DNA from: Candidatus Limnocylindrales bacterium
Lineage (GTDB): Bacteria > Chloroflexota > Limnocylindria > Limnocylindrales > CSP1-4
DNA length: 64,000 bases
Direction of reading: 5' to 3'
Assembly (NCBI GenBank): GCA_036274475.1
Contig: DASUFO010000054.1
Location: forward strand, 3,420 to 67,419
The position numbers and the translations under genes were made by a program. Of this stretch, positions 9,732 to 18,826 are shown piece after piece. Every line of letters starts with the position of its first letter. Within the stretch, counting starts at the first letter, position 1. The notes under the pieces were generated by a model, which had not been told where the DNA came from, ran no database searches, and was given only the letters and a program-made list of their open reading frames with translations.

Positions 9732-12700
9732 ATGCGACCGTCCACTCGTCCTGGCGTGCCCGGCGCACGCCCCAGCCAGCCGCGGACCGTGCTCATTGCC
9801 GCGGTCGCGGTGCTCCTCCTCGGCAGCACCGCCGCACCCGCCGCCGCGGCCGGCCCCCGCGCGTCGGCGCTCGCCGAAGCCGCGACGGCAGAGACTCGAC
9901 TCCCGGCTTCGAGCGGGAGGTCCGCCGCGGGTGGCGAGATCGACGTGCGGGCGCTTCGCTCGGCGGCGGCTCCCGACGCACCGGCGTTCGCCCCGGCGCA
10001 GCAGGGCGCCTACCCCGGCTCCGTTCGGACGTCGCCGGACACGCCGGCGCAGCAATCGCCGCGAGACGCCGGATCACCAAGTGCCGATGCGGCGATCGCA
10101 ACGACCACCACGATCCAGGTCACCCCGGCGAATCCCGTCGTGTACCCGACACAGATCCACGTCAAGGTCACCGTGACGCCAGCGCCGCAGGCGTTCAACG
10201 GATTCCTCCCGGGCATCGGGCTTTATGTCGACGACGTCTTCCGGGACGCCGAACCGCTCGCCGACGATGGCACCGCCGAGGCCAACCTTTCAATGATGCC
10301 CGGGACGTTCGATGTCTCCGCGCAGTTCGGCGGACTAGGGGACTACCAGGCGAGCGCGAGCGCCCCGACCAGCGTGACCGTGATTCAGAAGCCGGACCTG
10401 GCGGTCGAGCAAGGGTCGGCGCTCCTTCAGTCCAGCCAGGGCTTCGAGGTTGAGCGCAACACCTCGCTGGTCGCGGCCACCAGCACGTCAATCGCCGCTG
10501 GGCCAACCGACATCGTCACGATGAACGAGCGCGAGGTGCGGTTCTTCGATCGCGACGGCACGAACCTGTTCCACCTGACCCCGTCCCAGTTCTTCTTCTT
10601 TGAACCCAACGCCCAGGCGAACGACGCCCCGCGCGGTCCTCGGATCGTCTTCGACGAGCTGCACGATCGCTGGATCGCCACCGAAGTGACCCATGACGCG
10701 TTCTCCGGCGACGGCCACGTCTACATCTTCTTCACGACCACCAACAACATCCTCACGGCGGACTGGTGGACGTACCGCTTCGATTTCGACAACGAAGCGC
10801 CACGGAACCCGGCGATCGGGATCAGCTCAGACAAGATCGCGATCGGCTATGACGTCGCCACGATCGATACACACGCAGACCTTGGCTCGACGACGCTCGT
10901 CGTCGGGACCGCCCAACTGTTCGCCCATCCCTCGATCGTGAACTACAACCGGAGCGAGCTGGAACCGAGCCTGCGTTCCTGGCGGCCGGCCGTGAACCGG
11001 TCCGCCGGCAACGCGATCCGGGCGATCGGCTGGTCCTCCGCCAGCAATCCCGGACACCTGCTCGCCATGACGGCAACCGGGACCGTAACCGGCGGTGGCG
11101 TTACGTTCACGATGACCGATCTGACGTCCGGGCCGACGGCGCTGCCCGACCTGGGCGAGATCAGTTCTGTCGGCCCGACCGACGCCGTCTGGATGTCGAG
11201 CCACCTGTGGTTCGTCTCGACCCGGGGTTGCCTGCCGACCGGCGACATCTTCACCCAGTCGTGCGTCCGCGTCACGGAACTCGGCACGTCAGGCGGCTTC
11301 TCGGTTCAACAGGACTTCGTGATCGGCAGGGCCGGCTACGCAACCTTCCTCGGCGGGATCGGCCTTGCCGGGGGCAGCTATCCGGTCATCACCTACTCGC
11401 AGGCGTCCTCGCTACCGGACACGGTCCCATCTCCGGTCTCGACCTGGGTGACGAGCCAGGCGCCCGGCGACCCGGCCAACTCGGTACACCCTCCGCAGCT
11501 GGTGGCGGCCGGTGAGCCGGTGTGCGACGGAGGACCGGAGTGCATCCCAGGCTCCTGGAATCTGACCCAACTTCCCGTGGTTCCCGACACCGTTGAAAGC
11601 TTCGCGGTGTGGCAGGCAGCGCAGATCAGCGTGGCCGGCGGCTGGGCCACGGAGGCGACGCGCATCTCGATTGCGGGCCTCCCGCCGGACGGTTCGTTCA
11701 CGGTCGCCGGCGGCCGGGCAGCCACCAATTCGCTACGCGTGGGCATCGCCCCATCCGCCAACGGAAGCGCGACGCAGGTCCTGATCTCGAACAGCCCGAC
11801 GACCGCTGGCGGCGTCCTGACGAAGGGCAAGGCAAGCCCGATCGATCGGCGGATCGCGTGGTCGCTCGCCGATCCAACGTTCGGCGGCTCCAATCTGAAG
11901 GGAACGCGGACGGTCTACCTGCAGTGGGGCGACGGCAGCGGTAACTGGTCGGCCGTGCAACACCATGACATCACCGTGAGCACGCCGCTCGGCGCCGACT
12001 TCGTCCAACTCGCTCCGACCCGACTGCTCGATACGAGGTTTGGCAACGGCCTGTCGGGCGGGCTCGTGAGCCATGTCCCGCGCTCGTTCCAGGTCACCGG
12101 TCGTGGCGGGGTCCCAAGCACAGCAGTCGCGGTTACCGGCAATCTGACGATGACGGGCCAGACTACCGGCGGCTACGTCTTCCTCGGCCCGACGGCCACG
12201 GCCAACCCGACCTCGTCAACGCTCAACGCACCCGTTGGCGACACGCGGGCGAACGGCGTTACCGTGAAGCTCGGGAGCGGGGGCAAGCTCGGCGCAGTCT
12301 TCGTCGGAAGCAAGACCACTGCCAAGACGCAGCTGATCTTCGACGTGACCGGCTACCTGCTTGCCGACGACCCGACCGCGCCGGTCGGCAGCACCTACGT
12401 CGCGATCGATCCCATCCGGGTCATCGACAGCCGCCAATTCGGCACCGCCGGGCGGTTCTACAGCCACAGCCCGGGAACATTCTGCGTGACTGGCTGTGTC
12501 CCCGTCCCGGATGACGCGGTCGCCGTGACGGGCAACCTGACGGTCACGCGGCAGTCCAGCGCGGGCTACGTTTTCCTGGGACCGACCGCGACGGCAAATC
12601 CGACGTCATCCACGTTGAACTTCCCCAAGGGCGACAACCGGGCGAACAATGTCACGGTTGCGCTCGATGGCGATGGCAATCTCTCGGCGGTGTTCGTGGG

Positions 12701-13142
12701 CTCCAGCAGAGCCGCGTACACCGACCTGATCTTCGATATCACTGGCTACTTCGTTCGCGGGCCGTGGGGTGCCACGTTCATCCCGCTGACGCCGACGCGG
12801 ATCCTCGACACGCGGTTCGGAACCGGGCTGTCCGGGAAGTTCGCGACCCAGGCCCCGCGCTACTTCGCAGTCGGCGGACAGGCCGGCGTGCCCGCAACCG
12901 GAACGGTCGGCATCGTCGGCAACGTCACGATCGTCGGGCAGACGACCGGCGGCTACGCGTTCCTCGGCCCGACGGCAGCGGCGAACCCCAGCAGCTCCAC
13001 GATCAACGTTCCGGTCGGCGACACGAGAGCGAACGGACTTGACGTTGCGCTTCGCGCCGACGGCAAGCTGGGTGGCGTCTGGGTCGGCGGGGGAGGGTCC
13101 AAGACCGACATGATCTTCGACGCCGTGGGCTACTTCCGATAG
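9732..13142 (+). CDS. Large secreted protein (1136 aa) with an N-terminal signal peptide and three C-terminal tandem roughly 120-aa repeats
   Basis: ATG preceded by GAGGTG. Signal peptide: MRPSTRPGV...VLIAAVAVLLLGSTAAPAAAAG. The central region is rich in Thr/Ser/Gly/Asn beta-strand-like segments. The C-terminus holds three repeats sharing P(T)R(L/I)LDTR...VTGNLT...GY(V/A)FLGPTA(T/A)ANP(T/S)SST(L/I)N...GD(T/N)RAN...LIFD(V/I)TGY. Confidence 0.8.
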   Translation: MRPSTRPGVPGARPSQPRTVLIAAVAVLLLGSTAAPAAAAGPRASALAEAATAETRLPASSGRSAAGGEIDVRALRSAAAPDAPAFAPAQQGAYPGSVRTSPDTPAQQSPRDAGSPSADAAIATTTTIQVTPANPVVYPTQIHVKVTVTPAPQAFNGFLPGIGLYVDDVFRDAEPLADDGTAEANLSMMPGTFDVSAQFGGLGDYQASASAPTSVTVIQKPDLAVEQGSALLQSSQGFEVERNTSLVAATSTSIAAGPTDIVTMNEREVRFFDRDGTNLFHLTPSQFFFFEPNAQANDAPRGPRIVFDELHDRWIATEVTHDAFSGDGHVYIFFTTTNNILTADWWTYRFDFDNEAPRNPAIGISSDKIAIGYDVATIDTHADLGSTTLVVGTAQLFAHPSIVNYNRSELEPSLRSWRPAVNRSAGNAIRAIGWSSASNPGHLLAMTATGTVTGGGVTFTMTDLTSGPTALPDLGEISSVGPTDAVWMSSHLWFVSTRGCLPTGDIFTQSCVRVTELGTSGGFSVQQDFVIGRAGYATFLGGIGLAGGSYPVITYSQASSLPDTVPSPVSTWVTSQAPGDPANSVHPPQLVAAGEPVCDGGPECIPGSWNLTQLPVVPDTVESFAVWQAAQISVAGGWATEATRISIAGLPPDGSFTVAGGRAATNSLRVGIAPSANGSATQVLISNSPTTAGGVLTKGKASPIDRRIAWSLADPTFGGSNLKGTRTVYLQWGDGSGNWSAVQHHDITVSTPLGADFVQLAPTRLLDTRFGNGLSGGLVSHVPRSFQVTGRGGVPSTAVAVTGNLTMTGQTTGGYVFLGPTATANPTSSTLNAPVGDTRANGVTVKLGSGGKLGAVFVGSKTTAKTQLIFDVTGYLLADDPTAPVGSTYVAIDPIRVIDSRQFGTAGRFYSHSPGTFCVTGCVPVPDDAVAVTGNLTVTRQSSAGYVFLGPTATANPTSSTLNFPKGDNRANNVTVALDGDGNLSAVFVGSSRAAYTDLIFDITGYFVRGPWGATFIPLTPTRILDTRFGTGLSGKFATQAPRYFAVGGQAGVPATGTVGIVGNVTIVGQTTGGYAFLGPTAAANPSSSTINVPVGDTRANGLDVALRADGKLGGVWVGGGGSKTDMIFDAVGYFR
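11999..13139. repeat. Three in-frame tandem coding repeats (about 375 nt / 120-125 aa each) at the 3' end of the large secreted-protein gene
   Basis: The repeat units begin FVQLAPTRLLDTRFGNG..., YVAIDPIRVIDSRQFGTAG..., FIPLTPTRILDTRFGTG... and end ...IFDVTGYLL, ...IFDITGYFV, ...IFDAVGYFR. Roughly 50-60% identity at the protein level. Confidence 0.8.
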
Positions 13143-13230
13143 GTGCTGGCGGGCGGCGGCGGGTCTCCGCCGCCGCCCGCAGGTCGCGATTGCAAGGCAC
13201 GCGGCGCCCGACTCGCCGTACCCTCGGTTC

Positions 13231-14673
13231 ATGTACGACATCGCGACCGCGGCGGTGGAGGCTGCATTGGCCGCCGGCGCTACGTACGCCGACGCACGCG
13301 TGATGGAGTCCCGGACTGAGGCGATGTCCGCCCGGAACGGCGCCGTCGAAACGCTCGATCGCGAGGAGCGAGCCGGCGTCGGCGTTCGGGCGCTGATCGG
13401 GTCGTCGTGGGGCTTCTTCTCCGTCCCCGATGTCGGCTCGACGGCCGCCCATCGAGCGGGCGTCCAGGCCGCGGCCGTCGCCCGCGCCTCCGCCCGCGTC
13501 GCCGGGCCGGATCTCGTTCTCGCCCCCGAATCGCCTGTCCAGGGCTCCTGGGAGTCGACCTGCATCGAGGACCCGTGGAGCGTCAGCCTCGCCGAAAAGG
13601 GCGACCACCTCGAGGGCGTCACCCGAACGCTGATCGAAAACGGTGCCGACGTCGCCGAGGCGACCCATCGGATCTGGGACACCCGGAAGTGGCTCGTGAC
13701 GAGCGAGGGGACGCGGGTCGACCAGCACATCGTCGAGTGCGGTGCGCTGATGAACGCGACCGCGGTTGGCGAAGGCGAGACGCAGCGCCGCTCCTATCCG
13801 GGGATCCGCGGCCAGTACGGAACGCGCGGCTGGGAGCTCGTCCGCGAGCTGGACCTCCCGGGCCAGGCCGCGCGGGTGGCGTCCGAGGCGCGCCAGCTGC
13901 TGACGGCGGACCCGTGCCCGTCGCTGGACGCGACGGATCTCATCCTCGGCGGCGAGCAGATGGCGCTCCAGATCCACGAGTCCGTTGGGCACGCCGTCGA
14001 GCTGGACCGGATCCTCGGCTGGGAAGCCGCGTTCGCCGGCACGTCCTGGCTGGATCTCAAGCAGCTGGGCTCCCTCCGGTTCGGCAGCGAGCTCATGAAC
14101 GTGACCGCCGACGCGACGCTGCCCGGCTCGCTCGGCAGCTTCGCCTACGACGACGAAGGCACGCCCGCTCATCCGGTCGACATCGTCAAGGACGGCGTCT
14201 GGGTCGGGACGCTGAGCGGCCGTGACTCCGCCGCATTGGCCGGGATTGCGCGGTCCGGCGGCGCGGTCCGGGCCGAGGGCTTCAACCGCCTGCCGATGGT
14301 CCGGATGACGAACGTCGGGCTGCTGCCGGGCTCGGACTCCCTCGACGGAATGATCGCCGCGACCGACGACGGAATCCTCATGGACACGAACCGCTCGTGG
14401 TCGATCGACGACAAGCGACTGAACTTCCAGTTCGGTTGCGAGATCGGCTGGGAGATCAAGAACGGCAAGCGCGGCCGAATGCTTCGCAACCCGACATACA
14501 CGGCGATCAGCCCGAAGTTCTGGGGCTCGATGGACATGCTCGGCGGCCCTGACGAGTGGGTGTTCTGGGGCACACCGAACTGCGGCAAGGGCCAGCCCCA
14601 ACAGATCGGTCACACCGGGCATCCGGCGGTGCCCGCGCGGTTCCGCGGGATCCGCGTCGGGGTTCGGGGCTAA
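13231..14673 (+). CDS. tldD: TldD family metalloprotease (peptidase U62)
   Basis: 480 aa. N-terminus MYDIATAAVEAALAAGATYADARV. HExxxGH motif at IHESVGHAVELD. Glycine-rich C-terminus. Confidence 0.9.
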   Translation: MYDIATAAVEAALAAGATYADARVMESRTEAMSARNGAVETLDREERAGVGVRALIGSSWGFFSVPDVGSTAAHRAGVQAAAVARASARVAGPDLVLAPESPVQGSWESTCIEDPWSVSLAEKGDHLEGVTRTLIENGADVAEATHRIWDTRKWLVTSEGTRVDQHIVECGALMNATAVGEGETQRRSYPGIRGQYGTRGWELVRELDLPGQAARVASEARQLLTADPCPSLDATDLILGGEQMALQIHESVGHAVELDRILGWEAAFAGTSWLDLKQLGSLRFGSELMNVTADATLPGSLGSFAYDDEGTPAHPVDIVKDGVWVGTLSGRDSAALAGIARSGGAVRAEGFNRLPMVRMTNVGLLPGSDSLDGMIAATDDGILMDTNRSWSIDDKRLNFQFGCEIGWEIKNGKRGRMLRNPTYTAISPKFWGSMDMLGGPDEWVFWGTPNCGKGQPQQIGHTGHPAVPARFRGIRVGVRG

Positions 14674-14677
14674 CGCG

Positions 14678-16039
14678 ATGGCGGCCGTGACCGGTGGCGC
14701 GAGTGCCGTCGCGGAACGGGTCCTCGAGATCGTCCGGACGCGAACGAGCGGGGCGGCCGAAGCGGAGGTCAGCGTCCGTCGCGGCACCCAGGCGCTGACC
14801 CGGTTCGCGACGAGCTTCATCCACCAGAACGTCGCCGAGGACGTGAGCCATGTGGTGCTCCGCGTCGCCTTGAACGGCCGTGTTGCCTCGTCGAGCCTCG
14901 ACGGACCGGCCGACGGCAACGCGCTGACACGGCTCGTCGACAATGTCCTCGCGGCGGCGCGCGTCGCCCCGATCGACGACAGTTGGCCCGGTCTCACGCC
15001 GCCGACCCCCATTCCCCCGATCGACCATTGGGATGAGGGCACGGCGCGGTGCGGACCGGAGGATCGGGCCGCACGGGTCCGGGCGTTCGTGGACGCCGCC
15101 CAGGATCTCGAGACCGCCGGATTCTGTTCGACCGGTGCGATCGAGGCCGCGTTCGCGAACAGCGCCGGCCATTCCGCGAGCGGCCGCATGACCGAGGCGA
15201 CGATCGACGGCATCGCCCGGACTCCGACCGCGGACAGCTCGTCGCGGCGGACGTCGGCCCGGCTATCGGACATCGACGGCGGCGTCGCTGGCGCGGAGGC
15301 GGCATCTCGGGCCCGAGCGGCGAGCGACCCGGTCGATCTCGAGCCGGGCCGGTACGAGGTGATTCTCGCGCCGGGCGCCGTCTCGAACCTGTTCACGTTC
15401 CTCTTCGTCCATGGCTTCAATGCCAAGGCGGTCGAAGAGGGCCGTTCGTTCGTTCGGCTCGGGGAGCAGCAGTTCGACCCGTCGATCTCATTGCGTGACG
15501 ACGTCGCCGATCCGGGAATGATCGGTCTCGGGTTCGACGTCGAGGGCACGCCGCGGCGGCGCGTCGACCTCGTGATCGACGGCGTCTCGCGGGCGATCCT
15601 CCACACGCGGCGGACGGCGCGGGCGAGTGGCGGCGGCGCCCAGAGCACGGGGCACGCGGTCGAAGGCGGCGGGCCGTTCGGGGCGCTGGGTGCGAGCCTC
15701 GTCGTGGCGCCCGGCGACCGCGACCACGACGCGCTGATCGCGGGCGTCTCGCGCGGCGTGTACGTCGTCGACTTCTGGTACACCCGCATCCTCGATCCGA
15801 AGACGCAGGTCGTGACCGGGCTGACGCGGAACGGCGTCTGGCTGATCGAGGACGGGCGGATCGCCCGGGCTTTGACGAACATGCGCTTCACGCAGTCGTT
15901 CGCGGGCGCCCTGACGCCCGGGGCGGTGAAGGCGATCGGCAGCGATCCGGAGCTCCTGCCGAGTGGCTTCATGAGCGACCTTCTCGTCCCGAGCCTCCAC
16001 CTCGCGAGCTGGAACTTCACGGGCGGCGCGAAGGGCTAA
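14678..16039 (+). CDS. pmbA: PmbA/TldE family protein, partner of TldD
   Basis: 453-aa TldD/PmbA-fold protein lacking the HExxxH motif, immediately downstream of tldD with a 4-nt gap. Confidence 0.85.
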   Translation: MAAVTGGASAVAERVLEIVRTRTSGAAEAEVSVRRGTQALTRFATSFIHQNVAEDVSHVVLRVALNGRVASSSLDGPADGNALTRLVDNVLAAARVAPIDDSWPGLTPPTPIPPIDHWDEGTARCGPEDRAARVRAFVDAAQDLETAGFCSTGAIEAAFANSAGHSASGRMTEATIDGIARTPTADSSSRRTSARLSDIDGGVAGAEAASRARAASDPVDLEPGRYEVILAPGAVSNLFTFLFVHGFNAKAVEEGRSFVRLGEQQFDPSISLRDDVADPGMIGLGFDVEGTPRRRVDLVIDGVSRAILHTRRTARASGGGAQSTGHAVEGGGPFGALGASLVVAPGDRDHDALIAGVSRGVYVVDFWYTRILDPKTQVVTGLTRNGVWLIEDGRIARALTNMRFTQSFAGALTPGAVKAIGSDPELLPSGFMSDLLVPSLHLASWNFTGGAKG

Positions 16040-16081
16040 GGCTCCTTCGTGGCCACTGCTCTCCCCGACGATCCGAATCGC

Positions 16082-16398
16082 GGGCCGAGAGTCCACGATT
16101 CGGGCCAAACCGGCGGCGGCCCGGTCGCATGGCTGGCCTTGCGGCCGGGTGTGGGCCGAGAGCCCACGATTCGAGGTCGACGCTGCGGTGGCCCGGTCGC
16201 ATGGCTGGCCTTGCGGCCGGGTGCGGGCCGAGAGTCCACGATTCCGGGGCGAAGCGCGATCGGGGCGTTGGATTTGGGCCCTTGGGCTGGGTTTGTGGGC
16301 CGACAGCCCACGAATGGGGAGGTTGGCGCCGCGCACGGACCCTTCGACCCGAATTCGTTGGCCCACGGCCCACGATTCGGGCCAAACCGGGGGCGGCT
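16082..16398. repeat. Intergenic array of imperfect stem-loop repeats: five copies of a roughly 23-nt unit and two copies of a 32-nt unit
   Basis: The unit GGGCCGAGAG(T/C)CCACGATTCGGG and variants occur at 16082, 16153, 16225, 16297 and 16362. The unit CCCGGTCGCATGGCTGGCCTTGCGGCCGGGTG occurs at 16120 and 16192 (CCCGG...CCGGG stem). The tail GGGCCAAACCGG(C/G)GGCGGC occurs at 16101 and 16378. Confidence 0.8.
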
Positions 16399-16460
16399 CC
16401 CAGCTGCATCCGGAGTGCGCGGCGCGTCGGTGGGGAGCTTCGAGCGCATACTCGTCGGTA

Positions 16461-16901
16461 ATGCCGCACGCGACCTACTCCGTGACGATCAACCGGCCCG
16501 TCGCCGATGTCTTCGCGTACGTCGCCGATGGCGAGAACGCGAGGGAGTGGCGGCCGGGCGTGCTCGATATCGTCCGGGCGACCGGGGCGATGGACGGCGG
16601 CGTCGGCACGCGCTACCTCCAGGGCGTGAAAGGGCCGATGGGCCGCCGGATCCGGGCCGACTACGAGATCACCGTCTTCGAGCCGGAACGTCGCCTGGAG
16701 TTTCAGACGGTCGCGGGACCGGCGAGGCCGCACGGGCGCTACGACTTCGCGCCGACCCCCGACGGCGGCACGACCGTGACCTTCTCGCTTGATGTGGAGC
16801 TCGGCGGCGTCCGGAAGCTGCTCATGGCCGGCGCCGTGCAGAAGACGATGGACGCCGAGGTCCGGGCGCTCGACAACCTGAAGCGCAACCTCGAGCGCTA
16901 A
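16461..16901 (+). CDS. SRPBCC (Bet v1-like / polyketide cyclase-dehydrase fold) family protein
   Basis: 146 aa starting MPHATYSVTINRPVADVFAYVADGENAREWRPGV..., the typical SRPBCC N-terminus. Immediately upstream of the ABC-2 transporter genes. Confidence 0.7.
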   Translation: MPHATYSVTINRPVADVFAYVADGENAREWRPGVLDIVRATGAMDGGVGTRYLQGVKGPMGRRIRADYEITVFEPERRLEFQTVAGPARPHGRYDFAPTPDGGTTVTFSLDVELGGVRKLLMAGAVQKTMDAEVRALDNLKRNLER

Positions 16902-16934
16902 CGCGCTAGGCTTTCGGGCCCAGGAGGGAACCGC

Positions 16935-17960
16935 TTGGCAGACGCAGCGCTCGCCGTCCACGTCTCCGACCTGCGCAAGACGTTCAGCGTGCCCGTGCGC
17001 GAGGCGGGCCTTGTCGCCGCCGCCAAGAGCCTCGTCAAGCGCGAGAGCCGCGAGATCAAGGCCGTCGACGGCGTGTCGTTCGACATCGAGCCCGGCGAGA
17101 TCGTCGGCTTCCTGGGTCCGAATGGCGCGGGCAAGACGACGACCCTCAAGATGCTCAGCGGGCTCCTCTACCCGACGTCCGGCGAGGCGCTCGTGCTCGG
17201 CCACGTTCCGTCGCGCCGGGAGCGGGCGTTCCTGCGCCAGATCACGATGGTCATGGGCAACCGCAACCAACTCCAGTGGGACCTGCCGGCGCTCGACTCG
17301 TTCGAGCTGATCCGGGCGATCTATCGGCTGGACCCCGCGGAATTCCGGCAGACACGCGATGACTTCGTCGACCTGCTCGAGCTGGGTGCGCTCGTGAACA
17401 AGCCCGTCCGCAACCTGAGCCTCGGCGAGCGGATGAAGATGGAATTCGTCGCGGCGCTCCTGCACAAGCCGATCGTCCTGTTCCTCGACGAGCCGACGCT
17501 CGGCCTCGACGTCACGATGCAGAAGCGGATTCGGTCGTTCGTCGCCGAGTACAACCGGCGCTACGGCGCAAGCGTCCTCCTCACGAGCCACTACATGGCC
17601 GACGTCCAGGCGCTCTGCAAGCGCGTCGTCGTCATCCACCACGGCCACGTGCTGTTCGACGGCGCGCTGGCCGACCTCGCGACCCAGTTCAACGCGACCA
17701 AGACCATCGGCGTGATGCTCCGCGACGGGGCGGACACGTCGGCGAACCTCTCGACCTACGGCGAGGTGATGGACTCCGACGACGGGCGGGTGCTCATCAA
17801 GGTCGCCCGGACCGATGCCCCGGACGTGGCGACGAGGCTCCTCCGAGACCTGCCGGTCGCCGACCTGACGATCGAGGACCCGCCGATCGACGACGTCATC
17901 GAGAGCGTCTTCGCCACCGCGAAACCCGCCGAGGCGGAGCCTGCGACCACCGCCTCGTGA
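16935..17960 (+). CDS. ABC transporter ATP-binding protein (ABC-2 type)
   Basis: TTG start 6 nt after GGAGGG. Walker A GPNGAGKTTT, signature LSLGERMKM, Walker B LFLDEPTLGLD. Confidence 0.9.
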   Translation: MADAALAVHVSDLRKTFSVPVREAGLVAAAKSLVKRESREIKAVDGVSFDIEPGEIVGFLGPNGAGKTTTLKMLSGLLYPTSGEALVLGHVPSRRERAFLRQITMVMGNRNQLQWDLPALDSFELIRAIYRLDPAEFRQTRDDFVDLLELGALVNKPVRNLSLGERMKMEFVAALLHKPIVLFLDEPTLGLDVTMQKRIRSFVAEYNRRYGASVLLTSHYMADVQALCKRVVVIHHGHVLFDGALADLATQFNATKTIGVMLRDGADTSANLSTYGEVMDSDDGRVLIKVARTDAPDVATRLLRDLPVADLTIEDPPIDDVIESVFATAKPAEAEPATTAS

Positions 17961-18823
17961 GCTCGCCCGCGAGGCCGCTCCCCGCCCCGACCGCCCCCCG
18001 CCAGGGCCCGATCGCCTGGCTCCGCGGCTGGATCGACATCTACACGACGACGATGCGGATCGCCGTCGCGGAGCAGTTCCAGTACCGCGTCGCGAACTAC
18101 TTCTACATGATCGGGATGATCGCGGAGCCGGTCATCTACCTCGTCGTCTGGTCGACCGTGGCCGAGCAGCAGGGCGGCGAGGTCGGCGGGTTCACGCCGG
18201 GCGAGTTCGCGGCTTACTACATCGTCTGGACGCTCGTCCGGAACATGAACATCGCGCTGACGCCATGGGCCTGGGAGGACCGGATCAAGGAGGGCCACCT
18301 CGCCTCGTTCCTCCTGAAGCCGATGCACGTCCTCCACTTCGACATCGCGTTCCTCGCCGGCTGGAAGGTCGTCGTGATCATCCTGTGGCTGCCGCTCGCG
18401 GCGTTCCTGTCGCTGATCTTCCATCCGACGTTCAACGCCGGCCTGGACGACGTCGTGGTCTTCTTCATCGCGATCTGGGGCGCCTACCTGATCCGATCGC
18501 TCGAGCTCTGGACGCTGGGGCTCGTGACGTTCTGGACGACGCGCGTCGGGCCGGTGTTCGACATCTTCTTCACCGCGGAGCTCCTGCTGTCGGGCCGGCT
18601 CGTGCCGATGTCGCTGCTGCCCGACTGGGCCCAGCAGCTGGCGCTGTTCTTCCCGTTCCAGTGGACGTTCGGCTTCCCGATCGAGGCGCTCATCGGCCAG
18701 ATGTCTCCGGAGGAGCACCTGTTCGGTCTCGCGATGCAGCTGTTCTGGATCGTCCTCCTGACGGGCGTGGTCCTTGTCGGCTGGAAGTTCGCGGTGAAGC
18801 GGTTCTCGTCGGTGGGTGGCTGA
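17957..18823 (+). CDS. ABC-2 family transporter permease
   Basis: 288-aa six-TM protein. The start overlaps the ATPase stop. Confidence 0.8.
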   Translation: MSSPARPLPAPTAPRQGPIAWLRGWIDIYTTTMRIAVAEQFQYRVANYFYMIGMIAEPVIYLVVWSTVAEQQGGEVGGFTPGEFAAYYIVWTLVRNMNIALTPWAWEDRIKEGHLASFLLKPMHVLHFDIAFLAGWKVVVIILWLPLAAFLSLIFHPTFNAGLDDVVVFFIAIWGAYLIRSLELWTLGLVTFWTTRVGPVFDIFFTAELLLSGRLVPMSLLPDWAQQLALFFPFQWTFGFPIEALIGQMSPEEHLFGLAMQLFWIVLLTGVVLVGWKFAVKRFSSVGG

Positions 18824-18826
18824 GCG

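Noticed and set aside
13003-16020. 1005-aa minus-strand ORF, together with similar giants at 16017-17648(-), 17756-19660(-), 24473-26491(+), 25981-27627(+), 36562-38439(+), 52874-55837(+), 58700-60073(-), 19860-20714(-) and 48935-50050(-)
   Set aside because: All run antisense to genes with clear family signatures. They have Arg/Ala/Pro/Gly-rich low-complexity translations typical of off-frame reading in 70% GC DNA, so they are stop-codon-poor artefacts.
16046-16060. GCCACTG (B12-box-like) heptamer suggesting a cobalamin riboswitch
   Set aside because: It is an isolated heptamer without the surrounding conserved riboswitch helices. The downstream genes (SRPBCC, ABC-2 exporter) have no cobalamin link.
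16040-16460. Small protein or RiPP-precursor reading of the repeat-encoded peptides (110-aa ORF 16129-16461 and frame-mates) next to tldD/pmbA
   Set aside because: The periodicity is at the DNA level, with units offset between frames. Every frame gives Arg/Gly/Pro-rich low-complexity peptide. No RBS, and poor GC3. This is more consistent with non-coding REP-like repeats.
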